Part shown: in pieces, positions 7,237-16,489 of the stretch
Layout: each line of letters begins with the position of its first letter
Numbering within the stretch: position 1 is the first letter of the stretch
NCBI GenBank assembly: GCA_001602435.1
Contig: CP012156.1
Location: 2,609,898-2,673,897 of the forward strand
Length of the DNA stretch: 64,000 nucleotides
From: Hyphomonadaceae bacterium UKL13-1
Lineage (GTDB): Bacteria > Pseudomonadota > Alphaproteobacteria > Caulobacterales > Aquidulcibacteraceae
Direction: 5' to 3'
Made by a program: the position numbers and the translations under genes
The notes under the pieces: generated by a model
What the model was told of the DNA's origin: nothing
Databases searched by the model: none
Seen by the model: the letters and a program-made list of their open reading frames with translations, nothing else

Positions 7237-10089
7237 ATGAGCAAACCAAAGCGCACCCCTTTAAAGCCCTGGACGATTGAAGCCGTAGTCGATGGCAACC
7301 GCTTGCGCGTCCAATTATCCGCCGCCGCACTGGATCATTTGGGTGACGAAAAGGCGGCTCGAGCCCGGGCTTTGGACCTGCTCAAAGGGGCATTATTTCG
7401 CGGTCGCCTGATTGCGCAAGAGCGGTTGGAAAGCGGCGCAGGCGGGCTTGATTGCTCGCACTTATTGGCAGCCGTGCAAGATCAAGTGATCTCAGCCCTC
7501 TATGATTTCACGACGACCCATGTGTTCCGCGCGCGCAACCCGACGGCGGCAGAGCGCTTAAGCGTATGCGCAACCGGTGGCTATGGCCGCAATTCCATGG
7601 CCCCGTCGTCGGATGTCGATTTAATGTTCGTCCGCCCGATCAAGGATGCGTCTTGGGCCGAGAGCGTGATTGAATACATGCTCTATATGCTGTGGGACAT
7701 GGGCCTGAAAGTCGGCCATGCCTCGCGCACGATTTCTGAATGCCTGCGCGCCGCCCGCGAAGACATGACGATCCGAACCTCGGTACTGGAAACCCGCTTT
7801 GTCTGTGGTGATAAGCTGTTGTTCCGCGAGTTGGAAATCCGCCTGCGCAAGGATTTGTTTGATGGCACGGCAGCAGACTTTGTCGCGGCAAAACTGGCCG
7901 AGCGCGACAATCGCCACCGCCGCACGGGCGAAAGCCGCTATATGGTCGAGCCCAATATCAAGGACGGTAAAGGCGGCCTACGCGATCTACATACCCTCTT
8001 CTGGATCGCTAAATATATTCACGGCACCGATGAGGTCGGCCAATTTGTCGAAAAAGGCATTTTCAGCCGCGAGGATATGAAGCACTTTAATCAGGCAGCT
8101 GAATTCCTATGGACTGTCCGCTGTCACCTCCATTTCTTAACGGGGCGGGCGGAAGAGCGCCTGACCTTTGACTTGCAGCCTGAAATGGCCCGCCGCATGG
8201 GCTATGGCGACAGGGCTGATAATCCAGCGGTAGAGCGCTTTATGAAGCGCTATTTTCTCGTCACCAAACAAGTGGGTTCCTTGACGCGCATCTTGTCGGC
8301 GCGGCTGGAGTTAGACCGGCAAAAAGCGGCGCCGCGCGGGATATCGCGCTTCTTTGCCAGCCCGCAAAAGGCCAAACAGCTGGATGACCCCCGCTTTATT
8401 GAGGATCGGGGTCGCATCGGGTTTGCGCATCCAGAACAGGTCGCCGACGATTTGTCGGCCCTGATCGATATCTTCAAAATGGCAGATAGCTTAGACCTTG
8501 ATATCGATCCCTCCGCACTGGCGCGCGTCACCAGCATGGCGGCGAAGGGCCGGATTATGCGAGACGATCCAAAGTCCGTTGCCAGCTTCTTAGACCTTGC
8601 CACCTCAACGAAAGACCCTGCCCGTGCGTTGGGGCTTTTGAATGAGGCTGGTCTCTTGGGTAAGTTCGTCCCCGAATTTGGGCGGATTGTCGGCCAAACC
8701 CAGTTCAATATGTATCATCACTTCACTGTGGATGAGCATACTTTGCGCGGCATCGCCAATATCTCCGATATTGAGCACGGTCGGTTGAGCAAGGAATTGC
8801 CGGTCTCGACAGAGCTTTTTCCCCGTATCGCAAACCGCCGGGCGCTCTATCTTGCGATGTTGTTGCACGATGTTGGCAAGGGTGAAGGCGATCAGCAGAT
8901 TGAAGGGGCAAAGGCTGCCAACATTGCCTGTCGCCGCCTGGGCCTTGATGCTGAAGAGGTTGAGCTGGTTGCTTGGCTGGTTGGGCACCATCTGATTATG
9001 AGCGAAGTGGCCCAGCGCCGCGATATTGGCGACCCGAAAACCGTCACAGACTTTGCCGCTAATGTCGGCACGTTGGAGCGGTTGCGCTTGCTGCTGGTTT
9101 TGACCGTGGCTGACATTCGCGCTGTGGGTCCAGGTGTTTGGAATGATTGGAAGGCGCAATTGTTACGCGACCTTTATAAGTTGACCGAGGCCACGCTGCG
9201 GGGTGGCCGGTCCGATGAAGGCTTTGTACGCCGTCAATTAAGGGCTCAAGCGGATGAGCGCCGGGCGCAGGCCTTGATTGACCCTATTCTCGCTGAATTC
9301 TTTACCAGCCTCGAAGACGCTTATTGGCTCGGATTTGATACCGATCAACAGAAATGGCATGGTGCCGAAGTGGCCAAAGCCCTGCGGCAGCAATCATCCG
9401 TCTGGTTGGCCTCGCGCCCAGCACCCAGCCGCGGTGCGACGGAGGTCTTGGTCCTATCACCTGATCAACCAGGCTTGTTTGCGGCCCTGTCGGCCGTGTT
9501 TGCGCAAGCAGGCGCGAACGTCATTGATGCGCGTATCCACACCTCTAAAAGTGGCCAAGCCTTCGATGTCTTTGCCCTGCAAGATCAGTCCGGGGCGGCC
9601 TTTGGCGAAGGTCGCCAAGACGCCATCGACCGCCTGTTTACCCGCTTAGAGGCTGCTTTAGATGCGCAGCGCAAGACTGCTCGCGATAGTCTCGCCGCAG
9701 CAAATGCAGGCATTGTCAAAAAGCCGACCAATCGCACCGCAGCTTTTGCGATTGAGCCGGTGATCATGATCGACAATGAAGGCGCGGCCTTTGATACGAT
9801 TGTGGAAGTCTCGGGTCGAGATCGCACAGGCCTCTTGGCCGATCTGGCGCAAGTCTTTGAGGATGAGGGCTTAAACGTGACCTCTGCGCATATTGATAGC
9901 GTAGGCGAGCGGGCAACGGATGCGTTTTATCTGCGCGATCGCGGTGGGTTGAAGCTGTTGGAAGCGCGGCGGATTACGACTTTGAAGGAGCGTCTGATGG
10001 GCGTTCTGGCAGATGCAGATACGACGGAGGGGCCAAGCCTTTTGCCCCGCCGGAAACTTGCCCGCGCACGCGCCAGCAGCCGTCGCTAA
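7237..10089 (+). CDS. glnD: [Protein-PII] uridylyltransferase/uridylyl-removing enzyme
   Basis: Nucleotidyltransferase motif GGYGRNSMAPSSDVDLMFV, HD domain (HHFTVDEHT ... LLHDVGKG), two C-terminal ACT-like domains, ~950 aa. Confidence 0.93.
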   Translation: MSKPKRTPLKPWTIEAVVDGNRLRVQLSAAALDHLGDEKAARARALDLLKGALFRGRLIAQERLESGAGGLDCSHLLAAVQDQVISALYDFTTTHVFRARNPTAAERLSVCATGGYGRNSMAPSSDVDLMFVRPIKDASWAESVIEYMLYMLWDMGLKVGHASRTISECLRAAREDMTIRTSVLETRFVCGDKLLFRELEIRLRKDLFDGTAADFVAAKLAERDNRHRRTGESRYMVEPNIKDGKGGLRDLHTLFWIAKYIHGTDEVGQFVEKGIFSREDMKHFNQAAEFLWTVRCHLHFLTGRAEERLTFDLQPEMARRMGYGDRADNPAVERFMKRYFLVTKQVGSLTRILSARLELDRQKAAPRGISRFFASPQKAKQLDDPRFIEDRGRIGFAHPEQVADDLSALIDIFKMADSLDLDIDPSALARVTSMAAKGRIMRDDPKSVASFLDLATSTKDPARALGLLNEAGLLGKFVPEFGRIVGQTQFNMYHHFTVDEHTLRGIANISDIEHGRLSKELPVSTELFPRIANRRALYLAMLLHDVGKGEGDQQIEGAKAANIACRRLGLDAEEVELVAWLVGHHLIMSEVAQRRDIGDPKTVTDFAANVGTLERLRLLLVLTVADIRAVGPGVWNDWKAQLLRDLYKLTEATLRGGRSDEGFVRRQLRAQADERRAQALIDPILAEFFTSLEDAYWLGFDTDQQKWHGAEVAKALRQQSSVWLASRPAPSRGATEVLVLSPDQPGLFAALSAVFAQAGANVIDARIHTSKSGQAFDVFALQDQSGAAFGEGRQDAIDRLFTRLEAALDAQRKTARDSLAAANAGIVKKPTNRTAAFAIEPVIMIDNEGAAFDTIVEVSGRDRTGLLADLAQVFEDEGLNVTSAHIDSVGERATDAFYLRDRGGLKLLEARRITTLKERLMGVLADADTTEGPSLLPRRKLARARASSRR

Positions 10090-10093
10090 GACC

Positions 10094-11161
10094 CTATTGC
10101 GTTTGAACCATTTCGGTTGTCGCCGCATATTCATCTTGCAGCCAAGCCAGAATTTCGCGCGCCGCCGGGTGATTGATTGGCTGATAGCGCTCAACCAATG
10201 CTTCGCGACGTTTGCCAAGCTTGGTGAGGCCCAAGTCCTGGAAGCTCATGATGTCGGCGCGCACCATCTCGGCCAATTCGGACCCCAAGACCTTCACCGC
10301 TGCTGCATGGCCACTCGCACCATAGCAATAATCATCACCTTGTTGGTAGGCGAGGGCGAGGGAAATCGCGGGAATACAGGTTAGATGGGGCTGGAGGGCT
10401 GGATTAAGGGCGTGGCCGGATACCCAATCCGCTAAACGATGGGAGCGGCCGGTAAAGCCGCGCAAGTGCAAAAACTGGCTCATGCGGGGGCCATCATTAA
10501 CGGGGTAATTGTCCCACAACAGAGGCTTACGCTTTAACAAGGCCCCAATATCACGCACGTGGCCGACCGAAATCTCACGCGCGCAGACTTCTTCACCCGT
10601 CCAGTAAATGTCGACACTAGGATCAAGACCCAAGCCCAGCTCCCGCAGATAATGTTCGGGGCGACGGCCAAAGACGCGGTCCAGTACAGGATCGTTGGAA
10701 TAATAGGTCGGGGTCATGGACAGCTTTAATTCCGGGGCAGTATCGCGCGCCAGATGCATGATTTCAATTTGCCGCTGTGCGAGATCGGGCAGGCTTGAAT
10801 GCATGTCGTCGAAGAAAATGCCGAGGTCCTGAATGCCCAGCGAGGCTAAATCTTCAACGCGGTTGATAAAGGTGTTGCGAACGGTGCCGTTAAAGTCGTT
10901 GAAGGCTTCATAGGGGCTGAGGCCAACGCCAACCCGAACACCAAAGCCTTTGCAGAACGCCGCGAATTGCGAAATCTGCCCGGCTTCCTGCAATGGATGC
11001 GGCTCTACCCAGCGGCGGCGCAAGAAGGGATCACCCTTGGGCGCATAATGGAAAAAGCGATAGCCATAAGGGGCTAACATCTCAACCACAGCACGGCGGT
11101 CATCCCATGACCACGGTTGACCGAAATAACCTTCAACAATACCTAAATAAGGGGTCGACAT
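10094..11161 (-). CDS. GH84-like beta-N-acetylglucosaminidase (O-GlcNAcase-like), no signal peptide
   Basis: GIVEGYFGQPWS, YAPKGDP, catalytic-pair-like FFDDM, WDNYPVNDG. Confidence 0.7.
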   Translation of the reverse strand: MSTPYLGIVEGYFGQPWSWDDRRAVVEMLAPYGYRFFHYAPKGDPFLRRRWVEPHPLQEAGQISQFAAFCKGFGVRVGVGLSPYEAFNDFNGTVRNTFINRVEDLASLGIQDLGIFFDDMHSSLPDLAQRQIEIMHLARDTAPELKLSMTPTYYSNDPVLDRVFGRRPEHYLRELGLGLDPSVDIYWTGEEVCAREISVGHVRDIGALLKRKPLLWDNYPVNDGPRMSQFLHLRGFTGRSHRLADWVSGHALNPALQPHLTCIPAISLALAYQQGDDYCYGASGHAAAVKVLGSELAEMVRADIMSFQDLGLTKLGKRREALVERYQPINHPAAREILAWLQDEYAATTEMVQTQ

Positions 11162-11169
11162 AGGGGCAC

Positions 11170-14100
11170 CTAGTCTTGTGATCCACTCTCGGGACGGAAT
11201 TTTGCGACTAATTGATCTTGTGCGGCCCGTTGCTCTGGCGTCAAGCGGGCACCAATCTCACTCACTTTGGCTGACGCATCCCGATCACCGCCACGGGCAG
11301 CCAAGGCAAACCAATAATAGGCTTGAACGTCAGACTTTGGACCGCCAAGGCCTTGTTCTGCCATAGCACCCAAATTGAATTGAGAGTCCGTGACGCCTCG
11401 CTGGGCGGCGCGACGGAAGCTTTCGGCGGCACGGGCCATGTTTTGTGGCACGCCATCGCCATTTGCGTAATAGACGCCCAAATTGTGCATCGCTTGGCGG
11501 CTACCGCGCGCCGCAGCCCGTTCTGTCAAGGCGCGTGCTTGTGACAAGTCCTTGGGAACGCCATCGCCATTCTCAAATTTTCTAGCCAAGCGGTTCATCG
11601 CGCGTGTGTCGCCGCCATCTGCCGCACGGCGGAGAAGCGCAATGCTGCCGGCTGCATCGCCCGCTTGCTCGCGTGCCATGGCCTGGTCGAACAAAGCACC
11701 AGGTGCTGGCGTTGCGACGGGTGCCACGGGTGGCACCGCGCGCGGCTGGCTGGGTGCTGCTGCGACTGGGCTGGCCGCTGTTGGGCTCGCCGCTGCTGGG
11801 GTTGCAGGCACGCGGGTGGGTGCGGCTGCGGCGGCAGTTGCTGCCAAAGCAGGGGCTGCAACTGAAGCCACGCGCGGTGGTGCGGCAGGGCCGGCAGTCG
11901 GGGCCTTAGCAACGGTGGCAACGCGCGGTGTCGTTGGACGCTGCACCGGTCTTGGCGTTGCGTCGGGGCGGGCCGCGTTAAAGGTTGCGGAACGGAGCCG
12001 ATCGCGCTGCGCTTGCGCGCGGGCTTTAGCGGCTCGGGCTTGCGCATCCGCAGATGCCATAATGCGGGCTGCTTCCATTTGCTGGGCCGTTGGAGCCGGC
12101 TTAGCGGGGGATGGGGTAGCAGCTGGGGGTGTCGCAGCCTTCGTTGCGGGCGGCACCAATTGCGCCTTTGGCAATTGCGGAGGTGGACTTGCGATGCTGG
12201 GCGCGGCGGTAGGTGCGGGGGCAGCGACGGGGGCTGCAACCGGGGCCGTGGCGGCCGCCGGAGTCCCTGCTGGCGCTGCGCCTGCGGCTGTGGCTGTGGC
12301 TGTGGCTTGAGCGGCGTCCGCAGCTGGCGCAGGGACAGCGCCTTCCACAGGGGCTGGAGCGGCGGCTTGGGCTGCCAATTCTGGCGGCAAAGGCACGTTT
12401 TGTTGATTGAGCGCGGCTGGCTTCTCGTCAGCATTCGAAGACGGCCGCAACTGGCTGTAGACAGCAAAGCCACCGGTAGCGACCAAAGCTGCCGCTGCAG
12501 CGATCCCAACGGGTGATAGGGGACCCTTGGGCTTGGCATTTTCTTTGCCGGGCTCTTTATTGGCTTGGGCTGCTTTTGGCTTTGCCGATGGTTTAGCTTT
12601 TGGTGCTTCGGCCTTCTGGTCTTTGCCGCCGGGGACTTTCAAAGCTAGCGCTGGCTTCTTCTTGGTTTGCGCGGCTTCTCGCGCCGCTGCTGCTTGATTG
12701 GCGGCGCGGCGAGCAGCAACCAAATAATCGGGGGCTGAGCTGGTATTATTGGTCGGCTCATCCCAGTCATTATCTAGGATCGAGAGACCATCGTCGGAAT
12801 CGACTTCGATGGGACCCGTGGGGTCAAGCGCCATCGGGCCCAACTCGTCATCCCCAAACGGATCAAGGCCGCCGGCGAGCGGGTCTGGCACATCATCGCG
12901 CAAATGAGCAAAGTCATTCAAGGACTCGCTGTCATCCCCTTCGGGGAATGGCGACCCAAAGCTACCGCGACGTGCGGGATTGGCAGCAGCTGCAGCAGCA
13001 GCAGGCTTAGCATTTGGGCGATCCATAAAGAATGGGTCGTCAAACTGTGGCTTATCCAGCGAATCCAGACGCGTCTCAAAGCTGAAGCCGTCATCCTGCG
13101 ACAGATCGACCGGATTGACGAAGCCTGCATCATCTTGAATTGGGCCGCCTAAATCGACGGAATGGTTGGGATCATAAATGGGCTCAGCATAAGCCGAAAC
13201 TGCGCCCTGCTCTGCCTTGTCCAAGCGTTCGCCCATTGCCGCAAAATCGCGCTGCAAGGGCGCGATCAAGGCCTGAACGCGCGTGTCAACCGACTGTACT
13301 TCTGAGCGCACTTGCCCGAGAGCTTCATCGAGCATTTGGCGTGTTTTGTCGTCGCGACCACCGACGCTAGATGCAAGGCTTTGAAGCGCGTTGTCATGAT
13401 TGGCCGCGAGACGATCGGCCAATTCCTGCATTTGCTTACTAATCGTCGCAATGGATTCTGCGGACTGGCGCTCCGACGCGTCGAGGCGATCACCCAGATT
13501 TTGCGCCAAACGCTGGATATGCTGTCCAGCCTGTTCCATGACCGAAGCATCATGCCGCTCGATCGACGACAAGCGTTCGTCAATGGCGCGCGTTATGCGA
13601 GCCAGCTCTAGCTTCATCGCCATAGAGCCCGTTTGATCCGGGCCAGCTTCACGGCTTTCCACTTCTGCCAAACGCGCATCGAGAGCTTGGGTGGCTTCTG
13701 CAAGCTTAGCACCAACGCGATCAAGGGCGTCTTGGGTGCGCTGTTCGCTTGCATCAAGACGGCTAGCGAGGGCTTGAGCCACTTCCGTCATCTGGCCGCC
13801 GACACCGCCAGAAACAGCCGCTTCAACCTGCCCCTGCAGGTCAGCACGGGTTGCCTCAATCTTGGCATTCAAATCTTGGAGGCGCGCGGAAAGCTCGTTG
13901 GTTTTGGCCTCAAGCGCATCCACGGCCGTAAGTGTGTCACCAGTCTTACCTGCGCCTTCGAGTTGGGTCAGGCGCGCGGACAATTCCACCAGCGCTTCGA
14001 CCATGCGCGAGGCATTATCCTGCGCATGGGCTTCAATGCCATTCACGCGCTCCGTCACCAGATTGATGCCTTGGTTAGCACCTTCAATGGTTTGTGTGGT

Positions 14101-14853
14101 GATGTCTTCTAGTTGACCGAGGCGGCTTTCAAGAGCGGATAGGTCGGGGCTTGCGGGCTTTTCGCCATCTTCCTCTAGACCCGTGAGGCGGGCGGAGAGA
14201 TCGATCATAGCCTCGACAAAGCGATGGTTCGTTTCCTGCGCCAAGGCCTCTGTCGTTGCCAAACGCTCAGCCACGAGACCCAAGCTTTGGTCAACCGTTT
14301 GAATGGCTTCTTGCGTGACCTTCTCAATCTGGCCGACGCGGGTATCGGTCTCGAACACTTGGGTGGACAAGCGTGCCAGCGCCGATTCCAGCGACTTTAA
14401 GGCGGCCAAAGACGCATGCGATGGGTCTTGCGACTCAATGCGGCGCAACCGCTCGCTCAAGACGACTTGAGTTTCGCGCAAATCGTTCAGATGGGTCTCA
14501 ACGCGACCCATGGCGGTGTCACCACCGGCTCCTGTTTTTTCAAACTTCTGCGACAGGCGATCATCAAGTGCGTAAGTGGGTTGTTGGTCCGCCATTTCCA
14601 CACCACCGGACTCGAGGCGGCGGCTCAATTGCTCTAAGGCGGCGGTCAAACGGTTTGCTTCTTGACCAAAATTTGTGGCGGATTTTGCGTTCGCAGCGGG
14701 CCGTTGGGCCGGCTCATCGGTTTCAGCGATCAGACGATTGAGCAATTCGCCCAGCGTGAGGCCTTCGCGACGCGCGAGATCCTTCGCAGCCTCGCGTGTC
14801 CGAGGCTCTACGCCCTTCACACTCCATGGCGACTGTCCGCTCATTCGAATCAC
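11170..14853 (-). CDS. podJ: Polar localization factor PodJ-like protein
   Basis: N-terminus SPWSVKGVEPRTREAAKDLARREGLTLGELLNRLI, then a long coiled-coil region with internal duplications, an acidic segment, one TM (GIAAAAALVATGGFAVY), a Pro/Ala-rich linker and C-terminal Sel1/TPR repeats (NLGVYYANGDGVPQN...). Confidence 0.8.
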   Translation of the reverse strand: MIRMSGQSPWSVKGVEPRTREAAKDLARREGLTLGELLNRLIAETDEPAQRPAANAKSATNFGQEANRLTAALEQLSRRLESGGVEMADQQPTYALDDRLSQKFEKTGAGGDTAMGRVETHLNDLRETQVVLSERLRRIESQDPSHASLAALKSLESALARLSTQVFETDTRVGQIEKVTQEAIQTVDQSLGLVAERLATTEALAQETNHRFVEAMIDLSARLTGLEEDGEKPASPDLSALESRLGQLEDITTQTIEGANQGINLVTERVNGIEAHAQDNASRMVEALVELSARLTQLEGAGKTGDTLTAVDALEAKTNELSARLQDLNAKIEATRADLQGQVEAAVSGGVGGQMTEVAQALASRLDASEQRTQDALDRVGAKLAEATQALDARLAEVESREAGPDQTGSMAMKLELARITRAIDERLSSIERHDASVMEQAGQHIQRLAQNLGDRLDASERQSAESIATISKQMQELADRLAANHDNALQSLASSVGGRDDKTRQMLDEALGQVRSEVQSVDTRVQALIAPLQRDFAAMGERLDKAEQGAVSAYAEPIYDPNHSVDLGGPIQDDAGFVNPVDLSQDDGFSFETRLDSLDKPQFDDPFFMDRPNAKPAAAAAAANPARRGSFGSPFPEGDDSESLNDFAHLRDDVPDPLAGGLDPFGDDELGPMALDPTGPIEVDSDDGLSILDNDWDEPTNNTSSAPDYLVAARRAANQAAAAREAAQTKKKPALALKVPGGKDQKAEAPKAKPSAKPKAAQANKEPGKENAKPKGPLSPVGIAAAAALVATGGFAVYSQLRPSSNADEKPAALNQQNVPLPPELAAQAAAPAPVEGAVPAPAADAAQATATATAAGAAPAGTPAAATAPVAAPVAAPAPTAAPSIASPPPQLPKAQLVPPATKAATPPAATPSPAKPAPTAQQMEAARIMASADAQARAAKARAQAQRDRLRSATFNAARPDATPRPVQRPTTPRVATVAKAPTAGPAAPPRVASVAAPALAATAAAAAPTRVPATPAAASPTAASPVAAAPSQPRAVPPVAPVATPAPGALFDQAMAREQAGDAAGSIALLRRAADGGDTRAMNRLARKFENGDGVPKDLSQARALTERAAARGSRQAMHNLGVYYANGDGVPQNMARAAESFRRAAQRGVTDSQFNLGAMAEQGLGGPKSDVQAYYWFALAARGGDRDASAKVSEIGARLTPEQRAAQDQLVAKFRPESGSQD

Positions 14854-15007
14854 TCTTCCGCCAAGTTCTGCGGTCCCACAAGAAATTTCCGAAGAAATTC
14901 AGCTACCCCCACTGTTCATTTACTGCTTCGCAGTTTTTGAACAGTCTAAATTGTGGTTTCGATATTCTTCGTACTGCTCGACTTGGAGGTGTTACGGTAA
15001 ATGAGCG

Positions 15008-15023
15008 GTTAATAAGGATTAAC
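15008..15023. promoter_or_regulatory. Perfect palindrome GTTAAT-AAGG-ATTAAC upstream of podJ (CtrA-box-like half sites with N6 spacing)
   Basis: Read directly; lies ~155 nt upstream of the podJ start. TTAA-N6-TTAAC differs by one nt of spacing from the canonical TTAA-N7-TTAAC. Confidence 0.25.
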
Positions 15024-15112
15024 AAAGACAGCCACCCATGTCGTAACTTGGGCTGATCCGCACTTTGTCCTGAATAGTCCTAAGGCGCTTTTTCGATATA
15101 GCCCGCACAAAT

Positions 15113-15143
15113 GAAAAGCCCCGCTGGCATAACCAACGGGGCC
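15113..15143 (-). terminator. Rho-independent terminator of the di-iron oxygenase gene
   Basis: GCCCCG-N13-CGGGGC stem. On the minus strand it is followed by TTTTC. Confidence 0.7.
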
Positions 15144-15168
15144 CAATCTGGAAAAGAGCGTCATTCGC

Positions 15169-16305
15169 CTATTCGGCGGCGATCTTCACTTGCTTCAAAG
15201 CATCGGCATTCACACCGAAATTGACTGCTTGCAGGAAGCGAATGCCATCCTCGGCAATGTCATCGCCGACCATATGCTCACCTTCGGCCTCAAACTCAGC
15301 GAAGTCGACATACATGGCATAGAAGGCCTTGGTGCGATCGGTGATGATATTGGCATTCCACAAAGTCTTCACCAAAACGCGGAAGATGTTGGTGGCTTCC
15401 TTCATGCGTTCACGACGGTCTTCATCGGTTACCATTTCTTGGAACTGGACCATGATGATATCCGGGTCGAGGCCAAATTGATCATAGATGGCGCGCATTT
15501 GATGCGGTGCGACCAGATTGAACAACAAGGTCTGGAAGCAATGCGCGGCCCAGTCTTCAACAATCGCATGCTCTGCTGCGTCGAGCTTTGGAATGGTGCG
15601 GTCGGCCCAAATCTTCCCAAACTTGTGGTGGAAGGCTTCGTCGGTCATGACCAATTGCGTCAGCTTGCGTGCCAGCGGGTCATTCCATTCCTTGTAGATC
15701 ATCGCAAAGGCACCCATGGCGAGACCTTCGATCAACATCTGCATGCCAACGATTTTCTTGTAGACTTCAGGTGCATGGACGATATCGACCAACAAGGTCT
15801 TCAGCACCTCGCCGCAAGGCAGAGGGCTGCCCCAGCGCGCTTTGATATAGGCCGCGAAAGCGGCAACATGGCGGGCTTCTTCGCGGGCTTGGTTCGCCGC
15901 ATATTCCTGCGCACCGGCATCGCGCAACACGTGGCAGAGCGAAGCAGAAAGGTTCAGCGCGCCCTGTTCGCCATGCAAAATGGCCGACAATTGCCAACGG
16001 GCCATTTCATTCTTGAAGCGAATAAGCTCTTTCGGCTTATCCTTGAAGAATTCCTGGACATAAGGGGTCTCCAGCGCAGGAACCATATGGTCTGGCAAGA
16101 GCGCTTGGTTTTCCATGTCAAACGGCTCATCGAAGTCGATATAGCGCTTGTCGGTTGGGTCCCAGAAGTGATCATGCGTGGCAGAGATGATTTTGTCGAA
16201 AGCTGTCGAACGGCCCGTGTGCCGGTCGATTTCCAACATGGCAGCAAAATCTGTTGGCGCGACCGCGTCATACAGAGCGTCTTTGGTAATGTGCGACGTT
16301 GTCAT
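15169..16305 (-). CDS. Ferritin-like di-iron oxygenase (AurF-like fold), function unknown
   Basis: Two ExxH motifs (AREEARH, MTDEAFHH) plus further carboxylates (HGEQGA, LIEGLA) spaced as in four-helix-bundle di-iron proteins. Confidence 0.6.
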   Translation of the reverse strand: MTTSHITKDALYDAVAPTDFAAMLEIDRHTGRSTAFDKIISATHDHFWDPTDKRYIDFDEPFDMENQALLPDHMVPALETPYVQEFFKDKPKELIRFKNEMARWQLSAILHGEQGALNLSASLCHVLRDAGAQEYAANQAREEARHVAAFAAYIKARWGSPLPCGEVLKTLLVDIVHAPEVYKKIVGMQMLIEGLAMGAFAMIYKEWNDPLARKLTQLVMTDEAFHHKFGKIWADRTIPKLDAAEHAIVEDWAAHCFQTLLFNLVAPHQMRAIYDQFGLDPDIIMVQFQEMVTDEDRRERMKEATNIFRVLVKTLWNANIITDRTKAFYAMYVDFAEFEAEGEHMVGDDIAEDGIRFLQAVNFGVNADALKQVKIAAE

Positions 16306-16489
16306 GCTTTCAATCTCTCCCGTTATACTCGATTACCGGGTCTTTGGAACCTCGGCTTTGGTCCATGAGCTTAGAGCGACATCTAAGCGTGTCGCTTCTA
16401 GGCCTAACATGACACAAATTTCTAAAGGATCAATCAAAAAGTGACGGGTGCGTCAGCTTCGTTCATCAAAGGGTTGTGATGAGCGCATC

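Noticed and set aside
11483-12539. Several 100-300-aa alternative-frame and antisense ORFs, and apparent repetitiveness, inside podJ
   Set aside because: They arise from the GC-rich Pro/Ala-linker coding region of podJ. The repetitiveness is low-complexity coding sequence, not a CRISPR or tandem-repeat locus: there are no regularly spaced identical repeats.
15190-16368. 392-aa ORF antisense to the di-iron oxygenase gene
   Set aside because: The minus-strand frame carries the ExxH di-iron motifs and a matching terminator. The plus-strand product has shadow-ORF composition and no RBS or motif.
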